The translations under genes and the position numbers were made by a program. This document shows positions 11,228-21,189 of a DNA stretch of 64,000 bases, piece by piece. Each line of letters opens with the position of its first letter. The stretch's first letter is position 1. The notes under the pieces were generated by a model. The model was not told where the DNA came from, did no database searches, and saw nothing but the letters and a program-made list of their open reading frames with translations. The stretch lies in NCBI GenBank assembly GCA_027491355.1, contig JAIXWI010000041.1:27627-91626 (forward strand), read 5' to 3'. This stretch comes from Bacteroidota bacterium (GTDB taxonomy: Bacteria; Bacteroidota; Bacteroidia; UKL13-3).

Positions 11228-12271
11228 TTAGTCAGAGAACTTGGAAAGTGCTTCGCAAACCCTTGTAATTGCTTCATTTGTATGGTTGAGGTGCATTACA
11301 AATCGAATTCTATTGTTTCCAATATGATTGGCCTTTATGTGGTTATTTTGAAAGTGTGTTAAAAGTTTTTGTACCCAATCAAAATTTTGCATTTCAAAAA
11401 TGACAATATTAGTTTCAACTGGTAAAATTTCTTTTAAACCAGGTAGTTTTTGAAGCTGTTTTTCAATAGTTTTTGCCCTTTGATGGTCTGTTTCTAACCG
11501 ATTGATATTGTTTTTCAATGCATACAGACCAGCTGCTGCCATGTATCCTGCCTGTCTCATGCCGCCACCCCATCTTTTTCTTATGCGTTTGGCATTGTTG
11601 ATGAACTCTTTGTTGCCAATTATCAAAGAGCCTACTGGTGCACCCAAACCTTTTGATAGGCAAATAGAAATAGAATCGAACAGTTCTCCATAACTCAAAG
11701 CTTGTTCATTTTTTGCAACCAATGCATTAAAAATTCTAGCTCCATCAAGGTGAAATGCGAGTTGATTGTCTGTACAAACTTTCGCAATTTTTTTTAGTTC
11801 ATTCATGTCCCAACAGCCTCCACCACCTCTGTTGACAGTATTTTCTATACAAACCAATTTGGTTTTAGGGAAGTGCACATCATTTTTTCTGATAGCAGCC
11901 TCCACGTCTTCAGCTATAAATGTTCCATTTTTACCATATTGTAACATACAAGAAGCACCCGTATTGGCGGCTATTCCTCCTCCTTCGTATAAAAAAATAT
12001 GAGATTGTTCATGACAAATAACCTCTGTGCCTGGACCCGAATGTAAATGGATAGCTATCTGATTGGTCATTGTTCCGCTTGGACAAAATAGTGAAGCCTC
12101 CATTCCAAATAAATTTGCTGCATAATTTTGTAGCTCGTTCACCACTTGGTCTTCTCCAAATACATCATCGCCAATGAGTGTTTGGTCTATGCTGTTCATG
12201 TAATTGAGCATTTCTGGGCTAGGTTTACTTACTGTATCAGAACGTAGGTCAACTGAATGGATGTGCTGCAT
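11228..12271 (-). CDS. ltaE: Low-specificity L-threonine aldolase (beta-eliminating lyase family, PLP)
   Basis: DLRSDTVSKPSPEM...GDDVFGED N-terminal signature, 347 aa. Confidence 0.85.
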   Translation of the reverse strand: MQHIHSVDLRSDTVSKPSPEMLNYMNSIDQTLIGDDVFGEDQVVNELQNYAANLFGMEASLFCPSGTMTNQIAIHLHSGPGTEVICHEQSHIFLYEGGGIAANTGASCMLQYGKNGTFIAEDVEAAIRKNDVHFPKTKLVCIENTVNRGGGGCWDMNELKKIAKVCTDNQLAFHLDGARIFNALVAKNEQALSYGELFDSISICLSKGLGAPVGSLIIGNKEFINNAKRIRKRWGGGMRQAGYMAAAGLYALKNNINRLETDHQRAKTIEKQLQKLPGLKEILPVETNIVIFEMQNFDWVQKLLTHFQNNHIKANHIGNNRIRFVMHLNHTNEAITRVCEALSKFSD

Positions 12272-12274
12272 GAA

Positions 12275-12282
12275 TAAATTTG
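12275..12282 (+). promoter_or_regulatory. Candidate Bacteroidota -7 promoter box (TAnnTTTG) for lgt
   Basis: TAAATTTG matches TAnnTTTG exactly, 63 nt upstream of the 12345 ATG. A 7-bp inverted repeat ACGAATT/AATTCGT (12314-12332) lies between the box and the start. Confidence 0.35.
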
Positions 12283-12344
12283 TTATAATGAAATTTTGAT
12301 ATGAGATTTCGATACGAATTAACGAAATTCGTCAAAATTATCTT

Positions 12345-13511
12345 ATGTATCCTACTTTATCTGATTTGCTGCTCGATTTGTTTGGGTTCAACTTCCCATT
12401 GCCCATTCAAACTTTTGGTTTTTTCATGGCGCTTTCATTTGCTGCGGCTTATTGGTTCACTAACCATGAATTGATTCGCAAAGAACAAGGGGGTAAATTA
12501 ATGACACAAACCAAATTGGTTACAATCAACAAGCCACTAGAAGTTTCTGATTATTTGCTAAATGTTGGTATCTATGCTGCAATTGGTTTCAAGCTTTTAG
12601 AAATGTTTTTAGATTACAATGCATTGGTGCAAAATCCTCAGTTATTTATCCTTTCAAGTAAAGGTAATATTTTAGGAGCATTCATTGGAGCCGCCTATGG
12701 TTACTATGAAAAGCAAAGAGAAGCACAAAAACTAAAAGGCAAAACGCCTACGCAAGTAACCCAAACTGTTCATGCCCATGAACACATGGGTAACATTTTA
12801 GGATTAGCAGCAGTAGGAGGAGTTTTAGGAGCCAAATTGTTTCATAACCTTGAAAATTTGGATGAATTTTTTGCCAACCCAATAGAAGCTTTGTTTTCTT
12901 TTAGTGGGCTTACTTTTTATGGAGGCTTAATAGTAGCCGCGGTTTTAATTCTACGTTATACATCCAAAAATGGTATTGCTTGGTACCATATGGTTGATGC
13001 TGCCGCAGTTGGCTTGATGATGGCATATGGTATTGGTAGAGTTGGTTGTCACTTGAGTGGTGATGGTGATTGGGGAATTGTTAACACAATGGCAAAGCCA
13101 TCATTGATTGCTTTTATGCCTGATTGGTTTTGGTCTTTTCAATATCCTCACAATGTGATCAATGAAGGTATACCAATGCCCAATTGTTCAGGTAATCATT
13201 GTTTCATGTTGTCCAATCCAGTTTTTCCAACACCTCTATACGAGGCCATCATTAGCATAATTGTTGCCTTGGTTTTATGGTCAGTTCGTAAACAATTTAA
13301 AATAGCGGGTCAATTATTTTTTACGTATTTAATTTGTAATGGTTTGGAAAGATTTTTAATTGAAAAAATTAGAGTAAACAATGCTTATCAGATATTCGGA
13401 TACCACGTTACACAAGCAGAAATTATTTCATTTTCATTAGTTATTACTGGTATTATTGGTTTATGGTGGACTTATAAAAAATCTCAAACCAATTCGGCAT
13501 TCATTTTGTAA
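12345..13511 (+). CDS. lgt: Prolipoprotein diacylglyceryl transferase family protein
   Basis: Polytopic membrane protein with YGIGRVGCHLSGDGDWG and FPTPLYE motifs that resemble Lgt. Longer than the enterobacterial Lgt. Confidence 0.65.
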   Translation: MYPTLSDLLLDLFGFNFPLPIQTFGFFMALSFAAAYWFTNHELIRKEQGGKLMTQTKLVTINKPLEVSDYLLNVGIYAAIGFKLLEMFLDYNALVQNPQLFILSSKGNILGAFIGAAYGYYEKQREAQKLKGKTPTQVTQTVHAHEHMGNILGLAAVGGVLGAKLFHNLENLDEFFANPIEALFSFSGLTFYGGLIVAAVLILRYTSKNGIAWYHMVDAAAVGLMMAYGIGRVGCHLSGDGDWGIVNTMAKPSLIAFMPDWFWSFQYPHNVINEGIPMPNCSGNHCFMLSNPVFPTPLYEAIISIIVALVLWSVRKQFKIAGQLFFTYLICNGLERFLIEKIRVNNAYQIFGYHVTQAEIISFSLVITGIIGLWWTYKKSQTNSAFIL

Positions 13512-13521
13512 GTAATTTAAA

Positions 13522-14058
13522 ATGTACAAATTACTAACAACAGTAATCATTTGCATGTTTGGTTTTGTGTCAAAACCAATGTATGCCCAAGACAGTCTTA
13601 AATTTCAAGGGGTTTTGTTGCCAGATTTCATTGTTAAAGCTCAAAAAGATCCTGAATACGAGAAAAAGTACCAGCGCTTGGTGTACAATGTTAAAAAAGT
13701 ATTGCCCTATGCAAAAATGGCCAGCTTTAGGTTTCAATTGATGGAACAAAATTTACAATTATTGGCTACCGAAAAATTAAAAAAGGAATACTTGAAGCGT
13801 ACTGAACAATCTATCAAAGATCAGTTTATGGATGACCTTTACAACCTGACCCAAACACAAGGTCGAATTCTCATAAAATTGTTATACCGAGAAACCGGTA
13901 AAACAGGCTATGAACTCTTGCAAAATTATAGAGGGAACTTTACCGCTTGGTACTGGCAAGGAATGGCTAAAATTTTCAACGCCAATCTTAAAGAAGAATT
14001 TGACCCAATAGAGGATTGGCAAATTGAACAAATCATCAAACAACTTGGATTTGAATAA
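13522..14058 (+). CDS. Hypothetical secreted protein (possibly DUF4294-like)
   Basis: 178 aa with signal peptide MYKLLTTVIICMFGFVSKPMYAQ. The family assignment is from memory only. Confidence 0.5.
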   Translation: MYKLLTTVIICMFGFVSKPMYAQDSLKFQGVLLPDFIVKAQKDPEYEKKYQRLVYNVKKVLPYAKMASFRFQLMEQNLQLLATEKLKKEYLKRTEQSIKDQFMDDLYNLTQTQGRILIKLLYRETGKTGYELLQNYRGNFTAWYWQGMAKIFNANLKEEFDPIEDWQIEQIIKQLGFE

Positions 14059-14141
14059 AATTGTCTAAAAAGTAGGAATAATTCACAAGCTGTTGATATT
14101 GGTATTGAGTTTGGAAGGCCCGTAGCTTTAAATTTGCCAAG

Positions 14142-15269
14142 ATGATGCAGGAAGAAATAAGTGGTTTACATTGGTTAATTTTATTAGGAGCGGGCGTCTT
14201 TGCATGTGTATTGCTTGGCTACTACTTCATGTTGTTTTTGAAATTGGCAAATTACAAATCTCAATTACCCGAAAAGGGTGGGGAGCCTGTTTCAATAATT
14301 ATTGCAGCAAGAAATGAATATGTTAACCTCGAGAAAAATTTAAAAGCAGTATTAGAACAAGATTACCCGCAATTCGAAGTAATTGTTGTGAATGATTGCA
14401 GCTGGGACGAGTCACAAAAATTGTTGGAATATTACCAAGAGGTATATGCCCACTTGAAAGTTTGCAAAATTATAGAACAAGAGAAATACCCAACTGGTAA
14501 AAAGTTTGCATTGACTTTGGGAATCAAAGCTGCAAAATACAACCATTTGCTGTTTACGGATGCAGATTGTATGCCAGCCTCAAAAGATTGGTTGAGTAAA
14601 ATGGCTGCAGGTTTTAATACCAACAAGCAAATAGTACTCGGGTTTTCTCCTTACAAATCGTATCCTGGATTGCTCAATTTATTCATCCGTTTCGAAGCAG
14701 CTATGACTGCTGTATTTTATTTTTCTGCAGCATTGGCTAGGAAACCATTTATGGGTGTGGGAAGAAATTTAGCGTACACTTCATCTTTGTTTTTTGGAAA
14801 CAAAGGATTTGCCAAATACCAACATCTCATGAGTGGTGATGATGACCTGTTTATTAACCAAGTGGCAACCCCAACCAATGTTCACATTCAATTGCATCCT
14901 GATAGTTTCATGCACACAGAACCTAAAATGAATTACAAAGCATGGTCTGATCAAAAGTCGAGGCATATCAATACAGGTAAGTATTATAAAATGTTCGATA
15001 AATTACTATTAGGCGGATATTATGTTGGCATGCTATTTTTTTATGCATCATTGGTTGTTGGCATGGTTTTTCAAGTTAATTGGCAACTACTAATTGGCAT
15101 TTACCTTTTTAAAACCATTTTACAGTGGCTGGTATTTTACTTTGTATTTAAAAAATTGGCTCAAACAAAATTATTGTGGTTACTCCCGATTCTGGATGTT
15201 CTATACCTCTTTTATATGTATGCATTTGGTATCAAAGATATATTCACTAAAAAAAGAAAAGTGTGGTAA
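14142..15269 (+). CDS. Family 2 glycosyltransferase, membrane-anchored
   Basis: VSIIIAARNE, VIVVNDCSWDES and FTDADC (DxD) motifs, plus C-terminal TM helices. Confidence 0.85.
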   Translation: MMQEEISGLHWLILLGAGVFACVLLGYYFMLFLKLANYKSQLPEKGGEPVSIIIAARNEYVNLEKNLKAVLEQDYPQFEVIVVNDCSWDESQKLLEYYQEVYAHLKVCKIIEQEKYPTGKKFALTLGIKAAKYNHLLFTDADCMPASKDWLSKMAAGFNTNKQIVLGFSPYKSYPGLLNLFIRFEAAMTAVFYFSAALARKPFMGVGRNLAYTSSLFFGNKGFAKYQHLMSGDDDLFINQVATPTNVHIQLHPDSFMHTEPKMNYKAWSDQKSRHINTGKYYKMFDKLLLGGYYVGMLFFYASLVVGMVFQVNWQLLIGIYLFKTILQWLVFYFVFKKLAQTKLLWLLPILDVLYLFYMYAFGIKDIFTKKRKVW

Positions 15270-15925
15270 TGGAACCCAAACAGCAACTAGAAAGGATTTT
15301 TAGCTATTTCCCTGAGCTTACAACGCTTCAAAAAAATCAGCTCACTTTATTAGAGTCGGTTTACAGAGAATGGAATAACCAAATTAACGTCATTTCAAGA
15401 AAAGACTTTGACTCGCTCTATGAAAAACATGTATTGCATAGCTTAGCTATTGCAAAATTTATCAATTTCAAGCCTGGAACAAAAGTCTTGGATATTGGAA
15501 CAGGAGGAGGATTTCCTGGCATTCCACTAGCCATTTTTTTTCCAGAAACTGAATTTACGCTCATCGATTCTATTGCCAAGAAAATTAAAGTTGCCGAATC
15601 AGTTTCAGAAGCACTTGAACTTGAAAACACAGACTTCGTAATAGGTAGAGTAGAACAGCTCAATGAACCCTTTCATTTTGTTACAGCCAGGGCTGTAGCA
15701 CCTTGCGAACAGTTGTATAGATGGTCAAATAAATACATCAATGTAGAAGAAGATTTTAATAGTAAAATCAATGGGTTTATTTTTTTAAAGGGCGGCGATT
15801 TGCAACAAGAATTCAAAGATTTAAAAGCCATCAATAAAAAATTACATATCCAAGAATTTCCATTGACTGATTATTTCAGTGAACCATTTTTCGAAACCAA
15901 AAAGTTGGTTTATATCTTTCAATAA
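15269..15925 (+). CDS. rsmG: 16S rRNA (guanine527-N7)-methyltransferase
   Basis: DIGTGGGFPGIPLAI SAM-binding motif. The ATG at 15269 overlaps the upstream TAA (TAATG). Confidence 0.9.
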   Translation: MEPKQQLERIFSYFPELTTLQKNQLTLLESVYREWNNQINVISRKDFDSLYEKHVLHSLAIAKFINFKPGTKVLDIGTGGGFPGIPLAIFFPETEFTLIDSIAKKIKVAESVSEALELENTDFVIGRVEQLNEPFHFVTARAVAPCEQLYRWSNKYINVEEDFNSKINGFIFLKGGDLQQEFKDLKAINKKLHIQEFPLTDYFSEPFFETKKLVYIFQ

Positions 15926-15942
15926 TTGTTTAAGTTTGGGAG

Positions 15943-18564
15943 GTGTTTGAACCTAAGCCAATAAACCCTCGTCAGACTGTTATTAGCAATTTGCTTTTCA
16001 TTGCAATTGTACTTTTGTTTCCTGTTCAAATTTTGGCCCAATCTATTAAAGGGTTAGTTACAGACCAAAACGGTGCACCTTTATCCTATATCACAGTAAG
16101 TTTAAAAGACTCAAATCTCAATACTTATACCAATCAGGAGGGGTATTTTGAATTTAAACTCAATTCAGGAACATATGAGTTAGTTTTACATGCCATCGAT
16201 TTTCAAACAGTAAAATTAACAGTTGAATTGGCAAACCAACAAAACAAACTAATCAATGTGGTTTTAATGCCTCAGACCTATCAATTGTCTGAAATGACAG
16301 TTAGGGCTAATCAAAAAAATCCGGCTGTTTATATCATGCGAAAAGCCATTGCTATGGCGCCTTACTACAGAAGGCAAGTATTGTCATACAAAGCAAAAGT
16401 ATATTTAAAAGGAAATGGTGTATTTGAGAAAATTCCAGGAATGTTAAAGAAAATGATGCTCAATTCTCAAATAGAAGAAGGTAAGTCAATGCTAACAGAA
16501 AGTGTCAATGAATTACAGTTCTTTCAACCAAGTACATACCGTGAACGTGTTTTATCACTGAAATCAAACATGAAATTAGCGTCTGCTCCTGAACCTATGC
16601 AAATGGTTAGAGGTAGCTTTTACAATACATCTAACCAAGAATTGGTTTCGCCATTATCACCACAAGCATTTTCTGTTTATGAATTTACTTATGAAGGTAG
16701 TTTTATGGATGCTGGCGTAGAGGTGAATAAGATAAAAGTAACCCCTAAACGTGCTGGTTCTGATGTCTATCAGGGAACTATTTACATCATAGACCAATTG
16801 TGGTGTATCCATTCTTTGAATTTAAATAATACTGGTAATTTGTTTGAGGTAAGTTCAAAGGCAAAATTTGCACCAGTTGCTTCATTTCCTTTTGTATGGA
16901 TGCCAATTTCCTATGATTTTGAGTTCAAAGGAGCAATGTTAGGATTTAAAGCAAAGTTTCATTATTTGGCAGCTCTTTCTGGATACCAAATTAAACTCAA
17001 TCCAAACCTGAATCATGTTTGGCAAGAAGCAATAAAATCTGAAAAAGCGCTTACAAAAAATCAATTAAATGCCAACAAAATGGTGAAGGCATTGTCTCAA
17101 AAAACAAATCCTTCCAAGCTAGAAATGCTAAGGGTTTTGTCTAAAATTAAAAAAGATGCAGCCCAAAATCAACATTCAAAAATAACAGTAGACAGCAGTG
17201 AATTGAGCATTGATGCAACTGCATACAATAAAGATAGTTTATTTTGGCAAAGCAACAGAATTGTTTCTCTAGATGAACATGAAGTAAAAGCATATGCCAT
17301 TTCAGATACTGTTGTTTCTCCAGAAGTTAAAAGTAGATTAAATAAACCCAAAAAAGACGGGTTGAGTTTTGGACTGTTGTTGAATGGTAGTTATGTACCT
17401 AAAGACTCAAGCAAAATGGTTGCATATTGGCAAACCCCATTGAGTGGCTTGTTTTTAAATACAGTTGATGGATGGGGCTTGAAATTAACAACTAGATTTG
17501 AAACTGCACCTGTTAATAACCGAAATTGGACCTATACTTTAAAGGGAAGTATACCATTTGAGCGGAAAGCATTGAATGGGAGCATTGCTGTTAATTGGCT
17601 TAACAAAAGCCATCCACAGCACCAAGTGTTGTTTGAAATTGGATCGGACCTAAAGGATTTTAATCCAAACGGTGCAAGTGCACTTCCTAATGCTTTTCAA
17701 TTGCTATTTTACCAAAGTAACAATACACGCTTATTTCAGGAAGATTATATTAAAACAAATTTTAGCAAACCACTTCATCCCACTTTTGTATTACATGCTG
17801 AGTTAAAAGTTGCAAATCGCAACAGTTTAGAAAATTGTTATAGATTTGAGCAGCTGGAATCAAAACATATAGGCATTACACCAAACAATGTAACAGGAGA
17901 CGGTCCGTTTTTACGTTCACTTGATTTTAGTACTTATCAATTGTGTAATCTGAAACTGGGAGTAGATTGGAAAATTGGTCAAAAATTGATAAAAAGAAAA
18001 GGTAAATACCAAATTGTATCTTCCAAATTTCCTGCCATTGCTGTAGATTTAACTAAGTCTTTACCAGGTATATGGGGTTCTGATTTAGATTATACAAAAA
18101 TTAATATCAAATTGAGTCAGCAAGTTCATATATGGCATTGGTTAGAAGTTAAATACATTTTTGAAGCAGGAAGGTTTTTACAAACAAGAACACTCAAGTT
18201 TCCTGACTATTTCTCATTTGATGGCAATACAGCTTGGTTCATGAATGATGATAGCAGGAACCGTTTTTTTAACCTGCCATTTTACATGTATTCTACCAAT
18301 AAACAATTTGTATTGGGTAAAATGGAGTTACAATTCAAAAGATTGGCATTGCTGAGGTTGCCTTATCTCAATAAAACCAATTTTAAAGAATCCATTAAAA
18401 TTAATTTTTTAGGCACTCCTGAGTACCACAAATACACCGAATTAGCTTATGGAATGGTGAATATTTTTAAGCTTTTTGATTGCTATCTGTATACCAACTA
18501 CTACAATTCAAATTACCAAGATTGGGGTTTTAGGTTGAACCTTACTTTGCCGTTGACTTTCTAA
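15943..18564 (+). CDS. Carboxypeptidase-regulatory-like domain protein with a large C-terminal beta-rich domain (DUF5686-like)
   Basis: Signal peptide followed by IKGLVTDQNGAPLSYITVSLKD...TNQEGYFEF (CarboxypepD_reg fold). 873 aa, GTG start. Confidence 0.7.
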   Translation: MFEPKPINPRQTVISNLLFIAIVLLFPVQILAQSIKGLVTDQNGAPLSYITVSLKDSNLNTYTNQEGYFEFKLNSGTYELVLHAIDFQTVKLTVELANQQNKLINVVLMPQTYQLSEMTVRANQKNPAVYIMRKAIAMAPYYRRQVLSYKAKVYLKGNGVFEKIPGMLKKMMLNSQIEEGKSMLTESVNELQFFQPSTYRERVLSLKSNMKLASAPEPMQMVRGSFYNTSNQELVSPLSPQAFSVYEFTYEGSFMDAGVEVNKIKVTPKRAGSDVYQGTIYIIDQLWCIHSLNLNNTGNLFEVSSKAKFAPVASFPFVWMPISYDFEFKGAMLGFKAKFHYLAALSGYQIKLNPNLNHVWQEAIKSEKALTKNQLNANKMVKALSQKTNPSKLEMLRVLSKIKKDAAQNQHSKITVDSSELSIDATAYNKDSLFWQSNRIVSLDEHEVKAYAISDTVVSPEVKSRLNKPKKDGLSFGLLLNGSYVPKDSSKMVAYWQTPLSGLFLNTVDGWGLKLTTRFETAPVNNRNWTYTLKGSIPFERKALNGSIAVNWLNKSHPQHQVLFEIGSDLKDFNPNGASALPNAFQLLFYQSNNTRLFQEDYIKTNFSKPLHPTFVLHAELKVANRNSLENCYRFEQLESKHIGITPNNVTGDGPFLRSLDFSTYQLCNLKLGVDWKIGQKLIKRKGKYQIVSSKFPAIAVDLTKSLPGIWGSDLDYTKINIKLSQQVHIWHWLEVKYIFEAGRFLQTRTLKFPDYFSFDGNTAWFMNDDSRNRFFNLPFYMYSTNKQFVLGKMELQFKRLALLRLPYLNKTNFKESIKINFLGTPEYHKYTELAYGMVNIFKLFDCYLYTNYYNSNYQDWGFRLNLTLPLTF

Positions 18565-19757
18565 GCCTGTAATTCTTGAATGGCAATCCAAGCCATCAAG
18601 CCAGCGCCAATTTTTAAGGCAGCTTCATCAACATTGAAATGCGGATTGTGAACTCCATGTACAATTCCTTTTTCATGGTTTGCAGTACCAAGTCTATAAA
18701 ATGTTGCGGGTACCTGTTGGCTATAGTATGCAAAATCTTCAGAAGCCATCCATGCATCTAAATCAACTACTTTATCTGAACCTAAATAGGCAATGGCGGC
18801 TTGTTTAGCCTTAGATGTAAGTGCTGGATTGTTGTTTAAGAATGGATATCCTTTAATGATGTTTACCTTGGCTTCTAATCCAAAAGTTTGGGCAATTTGT
18901 TGACAGGTTTGTTCAATTTCTTTGTGGGCTTGTACTCGCCATTTTTCATCAAAAGTGCGGAATGTACCTTCTAACAATACATTGTCAGGGATGACATTTG
19001 TTGCCCCATTTGCAATGACTTTACCAATGGTTAGTACACATGGTACCAAAGGGTTGTTTTTTCTCGCTACTATTTGTTGCAATGCTGTTATGATTTGTGC
19101 CGCAACAGGAACAGGGTCTAAACACAAATGTGGCATGGCGCCATGCCCACCTTTTCCCTTTATCTCGATGTACAATTCATCGGAACTTGCCATGTACAAA
19201 CCCGATCTGAACCCAACAGTTCCAACAGGTAAAAAAGGCATCACATGTTGACCAAGAATTGCATCAACTTTGGGCGATTCCAATACCTTTTCTTGTATTA
19301 GAATACTCGCGCCTCCGGGTAATTTCTCTTCACCTGGCTGAAAAATCAATTTGATGGTGCCAGTCCATTGAGATTTTGTATCGTTTAAAATTTTTGCGGC
19401 TCCCAATAAACATGCGGTATGTACATCGTGTCCGCAAGCGTGCATTATGCCGTTATTTTGTGATCGGTAACTTATATCGTTTAATTCTTCAATGGGCAAA
19501 GCATCTAAATCTGCGCGCAGTGCAATGGTTTTAGACTCCGGATTGATACCTTCTATGATTGCAACAACACCAGTTTTTGCTATGGTTTCAATGACATTGA
19601 TGCCAAATGATTTTAAGGTATGAGCAACGTAAGCTGCTGTTTGGTGCTCTTGAAATGAAAGTTCTGGGTTTTGATGGATATGCCTTCTAATGGCAATTAT
19701 TTCTGCTTCTAATGATTGCGCAAAGGTTTTAATTTGTTCGGCATGAATCATATACAA
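18561..19757 (-). CDS. M20 family amidohydrolase (N-acyl-L-amino acid amidohydrolase / hippurate hydrolase type)
   Basis: MHACGHDVHTA metal-binding motif, FQPGEE, 398 aa. Confidence 0.9.
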   Translation of the reverse strand: MYMIHAEQIKTFAQSLEAEIIAIRRHIHQNPELSFQEHQTAAYVAHTLKSFGINVIETIAKTGVVAIIEGINPESKTIALRADLDALPIEELNDISYRSQNNGIMHACGHDVHTACLLGAAKILNDTKSQWTGTIKLIFQPGEEKLPGGASILIQEKVLESPKVDAILGQHVMPFLPVGTVGFRSGLYMASSDELYIEIKGKGGHGAMPHLCLDPVPVAAQIITALQQIVARKNNPLVPCVLTIGKVIANGATNVIPDNVLLEGTFRTFDEKWRVQAHKEIEQTCQQIAQTFGLEAKVNIIKGYPFLNNNPALTSKAKQAAIAYLGSDKVVDLDAWMASEDFAYYSQQVPATFYRLGTANHEKGIVHGVHNPHFNVDEAALKIGAGLMAWIAIQELQA

Positions 19758-19818
19758 TGTTAACCAATTAAAGCTAAAAATGAAGTAATTTTTGAAGAAC
19801 GATTCAGTGGAGGCATCA

Positions 19819-21189
19819 TTATTTTGCCCTAAAAAAATACATCAATACCTGCTTGTTTTTATTTTCTTTGATAACAAGTAACTCTTCTCCTAGGTCAGAA
19901 TAATTAATATCAAGTGCCTCTGAACCTGTTTGTTCGCAATACTTTTTGAGGGTTGTGTTCATTTGTAAGGTTTTGATTCGATTGTACAAGTTGTCATTGT
20001 CCACACAATAGCCATCCAAATTCAGTTGATCATATGTTCCCATTTGAATTTGATTGAATAACAATTCACCTTGTTCATTTAAAGTAATCAATTGGTTTAA
20101 GCCTTCTTCTTGAATGGAGGTTCTTGATTTGTACAAACTGATTTCAATTCGGTTTCCTTGATTCCTTACTTCAGGAGGTAATGGGCTTGAGTATCCATCA
20201 AAGTCTATCAGTTTGAATTTGTTATTATGGATGACCGGAATCAATTTCCTCCAAAATAAAGTCAGCACATTGGACTGATTTTGAAATCCATAGTTGCAAA
20301 TCAAAACATAAGGTTTGTTGTCTTTAATGATGTTGGCTCCTATGACAATGGTTTGTGTTTTTTTGTTGAGCGTAACACTGGCTTCTTTACCAAATAGAGA
20401 TTCACCTGGGTACAATAAATTATCTATGAGTAATTCTTTGTTTAACTGGTATTTGTCATTGTAAAATAACAAGTGGTATGCCAGAGAAGTAGGTTCATAT
20501 TCAGCATTTGAGCCTCTTCTAATTAGTATATGGAACTGTTTATTTGCAGTTAAATAGCTCCATGGTCCAATTTTCATTTTTTCAAATGGATTGGAAGAAG
20601 GAAAGGCATTGTCTATTTCATAGAACCCTTTTTTTTCTGTGTTGAAAAGGTCATATTCGAACAAATGCAAGTCTTCACGACTGTCATAAACCTCAAGCAA
20701 GAGTTTGTTAAATGGTGTCAAAGTAGTTCTGGCAATCAAATCCTGACTAAGGCCTATATCTGCTATGCTTACAATAAAAGTTTTGATTTCTTTTCCAGCA
20801 TAATCAACCAATTTCATATGGTATGTTTCTTCTATGCGGTCTATGAGTAACATGTAATCATCATTGGCAAAAACTGAAATTTCACCGGAGCAATTCATTC
20901 TAAAAGTTGCATTTTTTAACAAATCCTTGCTGTAATAGAAGAAAGTTTCTTGTATGCCAGCACCTTTTCCAGTTCCTCTTACATCATCAATGTATTTGTT
21001 GTATTTGAGTAAAAAACCATGCTCGTTTAAGTCAATGTAATCATGACAATACAAGCCAATTTGTTTGGAATCTAAAATGGTTTTGGTTTGGGCATGCACA
21101 CCTAAATTGACACAGCACAGTATCAATCCCAATAAAAAGCCAATTGGGAAACAAATATGGATGTGATATTTAGGCATAAGATACCTCAT
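19819..21189 (-). CDS. Hypothetical exported or membrane-anchored protein
   Basis: Preferred ATG at 21189 forms a TAATG overlap with the accC stop. Hydrophobic N-terminus ICFPIGFLLGLILCCVNLGVHAQ. I recognise no domain. Confidence 0.55.
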   Translation of the reverse strand: MRYLMPKYHIHICFPIGFLLGLILCCVNLGVHAQTKTILDSKQIGLYCHDYIDLNEHGFLLKYNKYIDDVRGTGKGAGIQETFFYYSKDLLKNATFRMNCSGEISVFANDDYMLLIDRIEETYHMKLVDYAGKEIKTFIVSIADIGLSQDLIARTTLTPFNKLLLEVYDSREDLHLFEYDLFNTEKKGFYEIDNAFPSSNPFEKMKIGPWSYLTANKQFHILIRRGSNAEYEPTSLAYHLLFYNDKYQLNKELLIDNLLYPGESLFGKEASVTLNKKTQTIVIGANIIKDNKPYVLICNYGFQNQSNVLTLFWRKLIPVIHNNKFKLIDFDGYSSPLPPEVRNQGNRIEISLYKSRTSIQEEGLNQLITLNEQGELLFNQIQMGTYDQLNLDGYCVDNDNLYNRIKTLQMNTTLKKYCEQTGSEALDINYSDLGEELLVIKENKNKQVLMYFFRAK